Shown: positions 1 through 9,276 of the stretch, piece after piece
Position numbering within the stretch: the stretch's first letter is position 1
How the letters are laid out: each line of letters opens with the position of its first letter
From: Ignavibacterium sp.
GTDB lineage: Bacteria > Bacteroidota > Ignavibacteria > Ignavibacteriales > Ignavibacteriaceae
DNA: 64,000 nucleotides
Assembly: GCF_037440165.1 (NCBI RefSeq)
Contig: NZ_JBBIUQ010000015.1
Span: forward strand, 12,491-76,490
Reading direction: 5' to 3'
The notes under the pieces: model-generated
Told to the model about the DNA's origin: nothing
The model's input: the letters and a program-made list of their open reading frames with translations, nothing else
The model's database searches: none
Program-made: the position numbers and the translations under genes

Positions 1-854
1 CTTTTGAACAGGGTTACATCATAGCAAGTGCAAATAAGTTGAAAGGAAATTATATCAATTTTGATATTCCATCAGTTGGTGCAACCGGCAACACATTGAT
101 GGCAGCAGTCTTGGCAAAGGGGAACACAATTATTAACAATGCCGCTTGTGAACCTGAAATCACTAATCTCTGTAATTTTCTGATAAAAATGGGAGCAAAG
201 ATTGAAGGAGTTGGCACTTCAATCATTGAAGTTGAAGGGGTTGATGAATTGCATCCGGCTGACATTGAAACCATACCGGACAGAATTGAAGCAGGGACTC
301 TTTTAATTGCAGGTGCAATTACCAGAAGTAATATTAAAGTCATTGGTGGAATTACAAATCATTTACATTCAATATTATCCAAACTTGAAGATAGCGGCTG
401 TAAATTATTTTATAATAAAGAATCTATAGAAATTAATTCTGAAAATATTGAAATAAAACCGATTGATGTTACAACAGCAGTTTTCCCGGGATTTCCTACA
501 GATATGCAAGCTCAGTGGATGGCTTATATGTCTCTCGCTGTAGGAACATCAAATGTAACTGATACAATTTATAAAGACCGGTTTAATCATGTTCCTGAAT
601 TGGTTCGTTTAGGAGTTGATATTGTGATGAATGAAAACACAGCAAGAATAGTTGGTGTAGAAAAATTAAAGGGAGCAAAGGTAATGTCAACTGATCTTCG
701 TGCTAGTGCTTCTTTAGTTCTTGCAGGTTTAGCAGCAGAAGGTGTTACTGAAGTATTAAGAGTTTATCATATAGACAGAGGTTATCAGCGAATTGAGGAA
801 AAACTTAAAGAATTAGGTGCAGATATCGAAAGAGTAGAAGGTAGTGAGTATTAA
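1..854 (+). CDS. murA: UDP-N-acetylglucosamine 1-carboxyvinyltransferase (MurA), C-terminal part; 5' end lies upstream of the window
   Basis: The frame of ORF 39..854 stays open back to nt 3 (FEQGYIIASANKLKGNY...). PSVGATGNTLMAAVLAKG, FPGFPTDMQAQ and VYHIDRGYQRIEEKLKELGA are typical enolpyruvyl-transferase (MurA) segments. Confidence 0.9.
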   Translation, partial: FEQGYIIASANKLKGNYINFDIPSVGATGNTLMAAVLAKGNTIINNAACEPEITNLCNFLIKMGAKIEGVGTSIIEVEGVDELHPADIETIPDRIEAGTLLIAGAITRSNIKVIGGITNHLHSILSKLEDSGCKLFYNKESIEINSENIEIKPIDVTTAVFPGFPTDMQAQWMAYMSLAVGTSNVTDTIYKDRFNHVPELVRLGVDIVMNENTARIVGVEKLKGAKVMSTDLRASASLVLAGLAAEGVTEVLRVYHIDRGYQRIEEKLKELGADIERVEGSEY

Positions 855-1044
855 AAGTCTTTTTCAAAAATATACTTTTTATTCTCTTTCTTTAATCATT
901 GTCTTTATTCTTTCTTTATTATTTCTTCAGGTTCCGCTTATTGGAACATTTGGATATGAATATTCTGCTCTATTTGCATTTATTTTTTTTTCTGGTGTCT
1001 GGATTACTAAATATTCATCGCATAAAAAAACAGATTCCTCTTAA
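844..1044 (+). CDS. 66-codon open frame with two predicted TM helices; possibly the true 5' end of the downstream membrane protein gene, displaced by a frameshift
   Basis: GTG at 844 overlaps the murA stop. The product MSIKSLFQKYTFYSLSLIIVFILSLLFLQVPLIG...ALFAFIFFSGVWIT looks membrane-like. The frame overlaps the 899..3013 frame across T9 (983-991) and A7 (1022-1028) runs. Confidence 0.3.
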   Translation: MSIKSLFQKYTFYSLSLIIVFILSLLFLQVPLIGTFGYEYSALFAFIFFSGVWITKYSSHKKTDSS

Positions 1045-3013
1045 AACTTTTTTATATTTTTTAGTTTCTGTTCTAATCCTTCCGGTCTTAACAGTTATCT
1101 TCTACTCACTCTTTAAAGATGTTTGTTCATTTTGGTTTGGAATTACCTTCTATTTAGTGCTTGCTGTTATTTCTTTTATAATTGGAATTCTACTGAGTGA
1201 AATTGTAAACTTTATTTTCAGTAAATTCACAAAGGCAATTTACCTTATCGTAGTTTTATTAATTTGTTTAATTCCCTTAATTGAAATTTATTTTAATCCA
1301 CAGATTTACTTTTACTCTCCAATAATTGTATTCTTTCCGGGAACAATTTATGATGAAGATATAACTATAAATTCGACAATACTCATTTACCGATTGCTCA
1401 ATCTTGCTTATTTCACTTTCTTATTTTTATTATTCAAAAAAGCAATTATAAAAAACAAAATAATTTTCTCTTCACTCGCAATAGTAATTGCAGTTTTACT
1501 CATCTTATTATCCCCAAATTTTGGTTTCTCAACTACTCACAGTCAGTTAGATTCAGTTCTTTCTGCAAAAACAGAGTCCAAGAATTTTATCATCAAATAT
1601 GATGACTCAGTAATTGATTCTGCAGAAATAAAAATAATTCTGCTTGCTCATGAATACTATTTTGAAAAAATTAATTCTGCACTAAAGTTTACTCCTGAAA
1701 AGAAAATTACTTCATACATCTTTAATGATGGCTTGCAAAAGAAAAAATATTTTGGATCAGAATTTGCTGATGTTGCAAAACCCTGGCTTTATGAAATTTA
1801 CTTGAGTAAATATTCCTGGAGTAATTCATTAAAGCACGAACTGCTTCATGTTTTTTCTTCTGAGTTTGGCTCGGGAATATTTAAGCTTTCCGGCTCTTTC
1901 AATCCTGCTTTGATTGAAGGATTTGCTGAGGCTATTGATAACAACTTTGATGATTTAGATATTCATTCTGTCGCTGCTTCAGCATATCACTTTAATTATA
2001 ATATCAATATCTTGGAATTGTTTTCTGGCTTGAACTTCTTCAAAACTTTTTCAGGATTAGCTTACCTTTATTCGGGTTCATTCGTAAAGTATCTGATTGA
2101 TAAATATGGACTAAAAGCATTTGTTGTCTTTTACAAAACTAATGATGCTGAAAAAGCATTTTCTAAAGAACTTTCTGAACTTGCAAATGAATATTATGTA
2201 TTTCTGGAAAATCAGCGAGTCAATTTGACGAAACAACAAGTTGAATTCTACTTCGGCAGAGCTTCAATCTTTCAAAAAATGTGTCCACGACAAGTTGCGA
2301 CGAAACTGAAAGATGCAGAGAGTTTGATTGAACAGAAAAATTATCCTCAAGCTGAACAATATCTGCTTGAGATACTTAAAACAACTCCAAATTATCAAGC
2401 TATTTCTGGATTAACAAAAATTTACTTTGAAGAAAAGAATTTCAATAAGGCATTAGACCTAATAAATAAATACATCAGTCAATTTGAAAAAACTCCATAT
2501 TATTTTAATCTGAAACTTCTGACAGGAGATTTTCTTTTGCTTAGTGGCGATACGATAAACGCTTTTAAGTTTTACAATGACCTGATTAAATCTAATCCAA
2601 ATTTAAGATTAAAATTATTATCCAAGCTTCGAATTGAGTTAAATGAATTTGGTGAATTGAGAAATTATCTTAAATCTAATGATTCAACCAAATTTGAAAT
2701 TCTTATCCGGTTAAACCAGAATAAAACAGTCTTCTGTTCAATTCTATCAATGATTAATCTTGCTGTAAAACTTGAAATTGAACCTTACAGATTAATTGAT
2801 TCCTTTCATTCAAAGCTTACACCAACGAATGATGATGATGCGTTTATAGTTTATAAATTGTCTGAGTATCTTCTGAATAAATCCGAATTAAATAACGCGC
2901 GTAAATTGGCTGCATTATCAATCAGAAAATCATTCAATCCGATTTATTATATTTCAATAAAAGAACATTTTGAAAAATGTAACTGGTTTGTAAAGCATTA
3001 TGATCAATTTTAA
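899..3013 (+). CDS. Polytopic membrane protein with HExxH (putative zinc-metallopeptidase) motif and C-terminal TPR-like repeats; start uncertain (844 by frameshift, 899 or ATG 956)
   Basis: About 200 N-terminal residues of hydrophobic helices. Motif SLKHELLHVF followed by EGFAEAI (HExxH...E). The C-terminal 250 aa has TPR-like periodicity (NYPQAEQYLLEILKTTPNYQAISGLTKIYFEEKNFNKALDLINKY). Confidence 0.6.
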   Translation: MSLFFLYYFFRFRLLEHLDMNILLYLHLFFFLVSGLLNIHRIKKQIPLKTFLYFLVSVLILPVLTVIFYSLFKDVCSFWFGITFYLVLAVISFIIGILLSEIVNFIFSKFTKAIYLIVVLLICLIPLIEIYFNPQIYFYSPIIVFFPGTIYDEDITINSTILIYRLLNLAYFTFLFLLFKKAIIKNKIIFSSLAIVIAVLLILLSPNFGFSTTHSQLDSVLSAKTESKNFIIKYDDSVIDSAEIKIILLAHEYYFEKINSALKFTPEKKITSYIFNDGLQKKKYFGSEFADVAKPWLYEIYLSKYSWSNSLKHELLHVFSSEFGSGIFKLSGSFNPALIEGFAEAIDNNFDDLDIHSVAASAYHFNYNINILELFSGLNFFKTFSGLAYLYSGSFVKYLIDKYGLKAFVVFYKTNDAEKAFSKELSELANEYYVFLENQRVNLTKQQVEFYFGRASIFQKMCPRQVATKLKDAESLIEQKNYPQAEQYLLEILKTTPNYQAISGLTKIYFEEKNFNKALDLINKYISQFEKTPYYFNLKLLTGDFLLLSGDTINAFKFYNDLIKSNPNLRLKLLSKLRIELNEFGELRNYLKSNDSTKFEILIRLNQNKTVFCSILSMINLAVKLEIEPYRLIDSFHSKLTPTNDDDAFIVYKLSEYLLNKSELNNARKLAALSIRKSFNPIYYISIKEHFEKCNWFVKHYDQF

Positions 3014-3033
3014 CTCGCATAAGAAATTTTGAT

Positions 3034-4446
3034 ATGAATTTTTTAAATGAAATAAAACATATTCCAGTTATTACAGTAATTTCAGAAACAGCTAAGGAAA
3101 GTAATACTGAAGTTTATATGGTTGGTGGTGTAGTCAGAGATTTGATTCTGAAAAGACAAAGAAGCGATCTCGACTTTCTTGTTATCGGAGATAGTTTAAG
3201 CTTTACAGAAAAAGTTGCGACTAAAATCGGAATTCAAAAAGTAACGAAATACAGAAATTTCGGAACGGCACATTTTAAGTTTCAAGATTACGATATAGAA
3301 TTTGTTGGTGCCCGTAAAGAATCATACAACCGTAATTCAAGAAAACCGATTGTTGAAGATGGAACTTTTGAGGATGATATCAGAAGAAGAGATTTTACTA
3401 TCAACGCGATGGCGATTTCATTAAATCAAAATACTTTCGGTGAATTGATAGATAAGTTTAATGGTTATCAGGATCTTCAGAATAAGATTATAAAAACTCC
3501 TTTAGATCCTTTTCAGACCTTTGATGATGATCCTCTGAGAATTTTGCGTGCTTTCAGATTTGCAGCACAACTTGAATTTCAAGTTGATGAATCAATAATG
3601 AAAGCTGCCAAAGAGATGAAAGAAAGATTGAGGATTGTTTCTCAGGAGAGGATAACAGATGAGTTTTTAAAGATTCTGACCTCTCCAAAACCTTCAGTCG
3701 GACTAAAGCTTTTGTTCGATTCAGAAGCACTTCAGATCATATTTACGGAAATTCAAAATCTTGCCGGAGTTGATCAAAGACAGGATTATCATCATAAAGA
3801 TGTTTTCCTTCACACTTTGAGTGTTGTTGATAACGTTTCAAAGGAGACAGAAAATGTTTGGCTGAGATTCGCTGCACTTGTTCATGATGTTGCAAAACCT
3901 CAAACAAAAAAATTTGTTGAGGGAATTGGCTGGACATTTCACGGACACGAAGAACTTGGCGCAAGAATGATGAAAAATATTTTCCATCGAATGAAACTGC
4001 CGATGCACAAACTCGAGTATGTTGAAAAACTAGTTCGCCTGCATTTACGACCAATCGCATTAGCAAAAGAAGAAGTCACTGATTCAGCTATCAGAAGATT
4101 GATTGTTCAGGCAGGAGATGATTTGAATGATTTAATCACTTTATGCCGCGCAGATATAACAAGTAAAAATCCTCAGAAGATAGAAAAATATTTAGCCAAC
4201 TATGAAGCAGTTATGCAAAAAGTTCTTGAAGTTCAGGAAAAAGATAAGCTCAGAGAATTTCAGTCTCCGGTAAGAGGTGAAGAGATTATGAAGATATGCA
4301 ATATTAAGCCATCTAAAAAAGTTGGTGAGATAAAGAAAGCAATCGAAGATGCAATTCTTGACGGAGTGATTGAAAACTCATACGAAGCTGCACTTGCCTA
4401 TCTGCTGAAAATTAAAGATGATTTCTTAAGCGAAAATAAATCTTAA
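3034..4446 (+). CDS. tRNA nucleotidyltransferase (CCA-adding enzyme)/poly(A) polymerase family with HD domain
   Basis: GGVVRDLIL...SDLDF nucleotidyltransferase motif, RRRDFTINAM, and HD region HHKDVFLHTL...LVHDVAKP. Confidence 0.85.
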   Translation: MNFLNEIKHIPVITVISETAKESNTEVYMVGGVVRDLILKRQRSDLDFLVIGDSLSFTEKVATKIGIQKVTKYRNFGTAHFKFQDYDIEFVGARKESYNRNSRKPIVEDGTFEDDIRRRDFTINAMAISLNQNTFGELIDKFNGYQDLQNKIIKTPLDPFQTFDDDPLRILRAFRFAAQLEFQVDESIMKAAKEMKERLRIVSQERITDEFLKILTSPKPSVGLKLLFDSEALQIIFTEIQNLAGVDQRQDYHHKDVFLHTLSVVDNVSKETENVWLRFAALVHDVAKPQTKKFVEGIGWTFHGHEELGARMMKNIFHRMKLPMHKLEYVEKLVRLHLRPIALAKEEVTDSAIRRLIVQAGDDLNDLITLCRADITSKNPQKIEKYLANYEAVMQKVLEVQEKDKLREFQSPVRGEEIMKICNIKPSKKVGEIKKAIEDAILDGVIENSYEAALAYLLKIKDDFLSENKS

Positions 4447-4554
4447 TCACAAATCGAACTTACTCAGCATTTATTTAGTTATTCAATCTTATTGCCGGTA
4501 GTGTAATTATTTTACCGCTTATAAATATTAACTAATAAAGACTTAATAATAAAC

Positions 4555-4562
4555 TATTTTTG
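4555..4562 (+). promoter_or_regulatory. Candidate Bacteroidetes-type -7 promoter element TATTTTTG (TAnnTTTG) upstream of the efflux operon
   Basis: Exact match to TAnnTTTG 52 nt upstream of the 4614 start, inside a 167-bp intergenic region. Confidence 0.35.
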
Positions 4563-4613
4563 AGCAGTCAATTAACAAAAACATAATAAAGTAAAATTTT
4601 TATCGGAGTTTCA

Positions 4614-5963
4614 ATGGTTAAAAAGATGAATGTGTTTCTGCTGATAATTCTTTTATTTGGTTTTTCATCAGCACAAACCAAAATTACTCTAAATGATGCA
4701 ATCAAATTGGCACTTCAGAAGAATACAATCTTAAATCAAACAGAAAATAATCTTTCATCGCAGGAATCAGGTGTTACTGCTGCTTATGGAAATTTTCTTC
4801 CTTCGCTTGGAGCTTTTGCATCGTGGGGTTGGGACAGAAATGAGCAAGCGGGTTCCATTCGCTACATCAATGGAGTTCCATTCAATATTCCTAAAATTAC
4901 CAGTGAGACCAGAAGTTATATCGCTTCTGTAAATTCTGACATCACTTTATTTGATGGTCTTTCAAATTTTGCAAATCTTTCTTACGCAAAAAACAGTCTG
5001 AGCTCAACTAAATTTTTGGTTGAATTTATCAAGCAGCAAACTGTTTTTAACACCATATCAAGATATTATAACCTGGTGACACAAACTGAATTACTTAAAG
5101 TGCGTGAAGAAAATGTGAAGAAACAGGGAATTAACTTTAAAACTATTGAAGAGAAAAACAGACTTGGTGCCGCAACTTTAGCTGATTTATATCAACAACA
5201 AGTAGAGCTTGGAAATGCTGAGCTTCAGGTAATAAATCAGAATCTTGAAGTTCAAAAAGCTAAAAATAATTTATTGATATTTTTAGGGTTGGATGTAACT
5301 GGTGATTATACATTCGAAACAGAATTAACAGGTAGAGAAGAAAGCATTCTTGCTGCAGACCTTGAAGAAGATTACAAAAATATCCAGGAAAGAATAAGCG
5401 ATGCTTACAATAATCGTCTTGATTACAAAAGTAAATTGTATGAGTTGGAAGGTTCATTAAATCAAATTACAATTGCACGATCAGGACACTTTCCAAGATT
5501 AACAGGTTCGCTAAGTTTCTCATCTTATTCAAATAAGTATGAAGATCTGTTTAAATCAAAAACATATTCAGTTGGCCTAAATCTTAACATTCCTATTTTT
5601 TCAGGATTTTCTGTCAGCAATCGTGTTCAGATTGCAGAAGTTCAGGCTATGAATAAGGAACTTGAAGTTCGAGAACTTGAAAGAAAAATAAAACAGGAAA
5701 TAAATGAATCTTATCTTTCGCTAATTGCAGCCAAAAAAAGTTTGTCGGTCAGTGAAAAGAATGTGTATGCTGCTGAGGAAAGATTAAAAATTGAACAGGA
5801 GCGTTACAATCTTGGATCAAGCAAACTTCTTGATTTACTTATAGCTAATTCATCTTACATTACTGCAAAAACTGATTATCTAAATGCTCAGTATTCATAT
5901 ATCATAATCAGTGATCAGATAAAATACTATCTTGGAATTCTTGATATAACCAAATACGAATAA
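4614..5963 (+). CDS. TolC-family outer-membrane efflux protein
   Basis: Signal peptide (FLLIILLFGFSSAQ). Two-repeat OEP architecture. Typical LTLNDAIKLALQKN start and coiled-coil-rich repeats. First gene of an efflux operon. Confidence 0.85.
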   Translation: MVKKMNVFLLIILLFGFSSAQTKITLNDAIKLALQKNTILNQTENNLSSQESGVTAAYGNFLPSLGAFASWGWDRNEQAGSIRYINGVPFNIPKITSETRSYIASVNSDITLFDGLSNFANLSYAKNSLSSTKFLVEFIKQQTVFNTISRYYNLVTQTELLKVREENVKKQGINFKTIEEKNRLGAATLADLYQQQVELGNAELQVINQNLEVQKAKNNLLIFLGLDVTGDYTFETELTGREESILAADLEEDYKNIQERISDAYNNRLDYKSKLYELEGSLNQITIARSGHFPRLTGSLSFSSYSNKYEDLFKSKTYSVGLNLNIPIFSGFSVSNRVQIAEVQAMNKELEVRELERKIKQEINESYLSLIAAKKSLSVSEKNVYAAEERLKIEQERYNLGSSKLLDLLIANSSYITAKTDYLNAQYSYIIISDQIKYYLGILDITKYE

Positions 5964-5987
5964 ATTTTAATCACAGGAGAATCTTAA

Positions 5988-7271
5988 ATGGCAAACGGGA
6001 AAACTAAAACGAAGAAGAAACTTTTTATTTTCGGTGGATTAGGTTTGTTGATTGTAATACTTCTTGTAGTAGTTTTTGCTGCGGGAAGTAAAGAAGAAAT
6101 AATTTTAGTAACTACAGAAAAAGTTGAGAAGCGAACAATAACTCAGACTGTTGCAGCAACCGGAAAAATTGAACCCGAATTCAAAGTTGTAATTACTCCT
6201 GAAGTCACTGGGGAAATTATTGAGCTTCCGGTTAAAGAAGGAGATCATGTTAAAAAAGGTCAGTTACTGATTCGAATTAAAGGTGATCAGTATAAAGCTC
6301 AGAAAGAGCAGCTTGAGGCAGGTTTACAATCTGCAAAAGCCAGTCTGAAGATTAGAGAAGCTGAACTTCAGAAAATAACTGCTGATTTTAACAGAATAAA
6401 AGAATTACACGCTAAAAAACTTGCAAGTGACTCAGAGCGCGAAACAGCTGAAGCTAACTATCTTACGGCTAAAGCCTCTTACGATGCAGCAGTTGCAAAT
6501 GTTCTTCAGAGCGAGGCAAGATTGAAAGAAATTTTAGAATCATTATACAAAACAACAATTTATTCACCAATGGATGGAGTAATAACATCCTTAAATGTTG
6601 AAGTTGGTGAAAGAGTGCTCGGAAGCGGATTTACTCAGGGAACGGAGATTATGACTGTTTCAGATTTAAAGAATATTGAAGCAGTTGTGGAAGTTGATGA
6701 AAACGATGTCGTTCTTATTTCAAATGGCGATACTGCAATCGTAAAGGTTGATGCATTCAAAGATAAAGAATTCAAAGGTGTTGTTACTCAGATCGGTAAC
6801 AGTGCAAAAACAAAAGGATTGGGAACACAGGAAGAAGTTGTAAATTTTGAAGTGCGTATTAAATTGCTCGAACCGGATGATAAACTAAGACCTGGAATGT
6901 CGTGCACCGCAGATATTCAAACCGAAACAGTCTTTAGTGTTTTAGCAGTTCCAATTCAAAGTGTAACTATTAGATCTAAAATGGCTGAAAGGAAAACTGA
7001 AGAAGGTGATGAAGATGCATTTGTTGAAAAGAAAAGTTCAGATAAAAATGACAAACCAAAAGAGATTGTATTTATAATTGAAAACGGTAAAGCAAAATCA
7101 GTCGAAGTATCAGCAGGAATTAGTGACGCTGATTATATCGAAATAAAATCAGGATTGAAAGGCGGAGAGGAAGTTGTTACAGGAAGTTATCGTGCAATAT
7201 CGAGAGAACTTCAGGATGATTCTAAAGTTCGTGTTGAAGAAAAGAGAAAAACAGCAGTTACTAAAAAATAA
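5988..7271 (+). CDS. HlyD/MacA-type periplasmic adaptor (membrane fusion protein)
   Basis: N-terminal TM anchor. Lipoyl-like hairpin ATGKIEPEFKVVITPEVTGEIIELPVKEGDHVKKGQLL. Long coiled coil. Beta-barrel segment PGMSCTADI. RBS AGGAG lies upstream. Confidence 0.85.
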   Translation: MANGKTKTKKKLFIFGGLGLLIVILLVVVFAAGSKEEIILVTTEKVEKRTITQTVAATGKIEPEFKVVITPEVTGEIIELPVKEGDHVKKGQLLIRIKGDQYKAQKEQLEAGLQSAKASLKIREAELQKITADFNRIKELHAKKLASDSERETAEANYLTAKASYDAAVANVLQSEARLKEILESLYKTTIYSPMDGVITSLNVEVGERVLGSGFTQGTEIMTVSDLKNIEAVVEVDENDVVLISNGDTAIVKVDAFKDKEFKGVVTQIGNSAKTKGLGTQEEVVNFEVRIKLLEPDDKLRPGMSCTADIQTETVFSVLAVPIQSVTIRSKMAERKTEEGDEDAFVEKKSSDKNDKPKEIVFIIENGKAKSVEVSAGISDADYIEIKSGLKGGEEVVTGSYRAISRELQDDSKVRVEEKRKTAVTKK

Positions 7272-7283
7272 TTTGAGTTTGAA

Positions 7284-8006
7284 ATGATTATAATTAACAT
7301 AGAACATATTGCAAAAATTTATAAAGTTGGTTTTGAAGAAGTTCATGCACTTAGAGATGTTTCATTAAAAATTGATAAGAATGAGTATGTTGCGATTATG
7401 GGTCCGTCAGGTTCTGGTAAATCTACTTTGATGAATATGCTCGGATGTCTTGACACTCCAACTTCCGGGAAGTATGAATTCAAAGGTGTGAGTGTGAGTG
7501 AAATGAGTGATAATGAACTTGCAAAAATCCGTAACAAAGAAATCGGATTTGTCTTTCAAACTTTCAATCTTCTCGCTCGTTCTGATGCAGTTCATAATGT
7601 TGAACTTCCGCTTATTTATGCAGGCGTTCCTACTGCAGAGAGAAGAGAGCGTGCAGTTCAGGCATTGATTGATGTTGGTTTGAAAGACAGACTTCATCAT
7701 AAACCGAATGAACTTTCCGGTGGACAGCGGCAGAGAGTTGCGATTGCAAGAGCTTTGGTTACAAATCCTTCTATCATTCTTGCAGACGAGCCGACAGGTA
7801 ATCTCGATTCCAAAACCGGAGAAGAAATAATGGCTCTATTTCATGAAATTCATGAAAAAGGTAATACAATTATTCTTGTTACTCACGAGGAATATATTGC
7901 TGAACACGCTGCAAGAATTGTAAGACTAAAAGATGGTTTAATTGAAAGTGATGAACGTGTTGATAAAAGATATCTAACTAAAATTAAATCTACACTAACA
8001 AAATGA
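7284..8006 (+). CDS. ABC transporter ATP-binding protein (MacB/LolD-type, stand-alone ATPase)
   Basis: Walker [10 protein letters not shown], signature [15 protein letters not shown], Walker B ILADEPT, H-loop VTHE. Confidence 0.95.
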   Translation: MIIINIEHIAKIYKVGFEEVHALRDVSLKIDKNEYVAIMGPSGSGKSTLMNMLGCLDTPTSGKYEFKGVSVSEMSDNELAKIRNKEIGFVFQTFNLLARSDAVHNVELPLIYAGVPTAERRERAVQALIDVGLKDRLHHKPNELSGGQRQRVAIARALVTNPSIILADEPTGNLDSKTGEEIMALFHEIHEKGNTIILVTHEEYIAEHAARIVRLKDGLIESDERVDKRYLTKIKSTLTK

Positions 8007-9238
8007 GAACAATTTTATTTGAATTTAAAGAAGGAATGATGATTGCATTGAGAGCTATTGCATCAAATAAAATCCGTGCAATGCTCACAATGCTGGGAAT
8101 TTTTATTGGTGTAACTGTAGTTGTAACCATGTCAACTGCAATTAAAGGAATTGATAATTCATTTCAGCAGGGAATCAGTTCTCTCGGCAGTGATGTATTG
8201 TATATTGATAAATGGGCGTGGTTCTCTAATGTTGAATGGTGGAAGATGAGAAATCGTAAAAACATTACTATGGAGGAGTTTGAAAAGTTTAAAACTCTTG
8301 CAAAGCTTCCATCTGCTGTTGCACCTGTAATTAACACAGTTCAGACGATAAAATACCTGGAACGAAGAGTGGAGAATGTGTTTGTTAATGGCTCTAATAC
8401 AGACTATGTTAAAACAACTAATTTCACTTTTGCAGAAGGAAGATTCTATTCAGAAATTGAAAGTAATGCATCAAGACAGGTTGCCGTAATTGGAAGTGAA
8501 ATTGCAAAGAAACTTTTCCCAAACATTTCTCCCATAGATAGAACAATCAAAATTGGAGGAGAGAATTATCGTGTAGTTGGTGTACTCGCAGAGCAGGGAA
8601 GTTTTATACTTGGTCCCTGGAATCCTGATAATCAGGTTTATGTACCAATTGGAACCATCTTTAAAAATTTTGCGAGCAACAGATTTAGGTCAATCACCAT
8701 AAATGTTCGTGCATCTTCTCCTGCAATGGTTGAAGAGACAAAAGCTGAAGCAGAAGGAGTGATGCGTAAAGTTCGCGGTCTTTCTTACGATCAGATGAAT
8801 GATTTCTCAATTAATCAGCAGGAAGGTTTGCAGGAAAACTATAATTCTGTAGTTGGTGTAATTCAGATTGCAGGTTTGTTTATCACCGGACTTTCGTTAT
8901 TCGTTGGAGCGATTGGTATCATGAACATTATGTTCGTTTCTGTCAAAGAGAGAACAAAGGAAATTGGTTTGAGAAAAGCAATCGGTGCAAAACGCAGAAC
9001 TATTCTCGCACAGTTTCTACTTGAGTCTTCTATGATTTGTCTTGTTGGAGGATTTGCTGGATTACTTTCAGCAGTTTTGCTTAGTATGCTTATCAATCAA
9101 TTTATTCCGACTTCAATTCAGATTGGTTCAGTGATTTTAGGAATCGGAATTTCATTGTTGACTGGAATTATTTCTGGAATTGCACCTGCATACACAGCAG
9201 CTAAAATGGATCCTGTTGAAGCACTGAGATATGAATAA
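8003..9238 (+). CDS. ABC transporter permease, FtsX/MacB-periplasmic-domain family (paralogue 1)
   Basis: ATGA overlap with the ATPase gene. N-terminal TM, large periplasmic domain, three C-terminal TMs. Motif [28 protein letters not shown]-terminus DPVEALRYE. Confidence 0.9.
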   Translation: MRTILFEFKEGMMIALRAIASNKIRAMLTMLGIFIGVTVVVTMSTAIKGIDNSFQQGISSLGSDVLYIDKWAWFSNVEWWKMRNRKNITMEEFEKFKTLAKLPSAVAPVINTVQTIKYLERRVENVFVNGSNTDYVKTTNFTFAEGRFYSEIESNASRQVAVIGSEIAKKLFPNISPIDRTIKIGGENYRVVGVLAEQGSFILGPWNPDNQVYVPIGTIFKNFASNRFRSITINVRASSPAMVEETKAEAEGVMRKVRGLSYDQMNDFSINQQEGLQENYNSVVGVIQIAGLFITGLSLFVGAIGIMNIMFVSVKERTKEIGLRKAIGAKRRTILAQFLLESSMICLVGGFAGLLSAVLLSMLINQFIPTSIQIGSVILGIGISLLTGIISGIAPAYTAAKMDPVEALRYE

Positions 9239-9276
9239 TTTTATTTTTCATTAAAAAGTTTTATCGGAAAAATAAT

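Noticed and set aside
7487-7512. GTGAGTGTGAGTGAAATGAGTGA microsatellite-like stretch
   Set aside because: It lies in-frame within the ABC ATPase gene (encoding VSVSEMSD). It has too few units to be a phase-variation tract and changes nothing about the reading frame.
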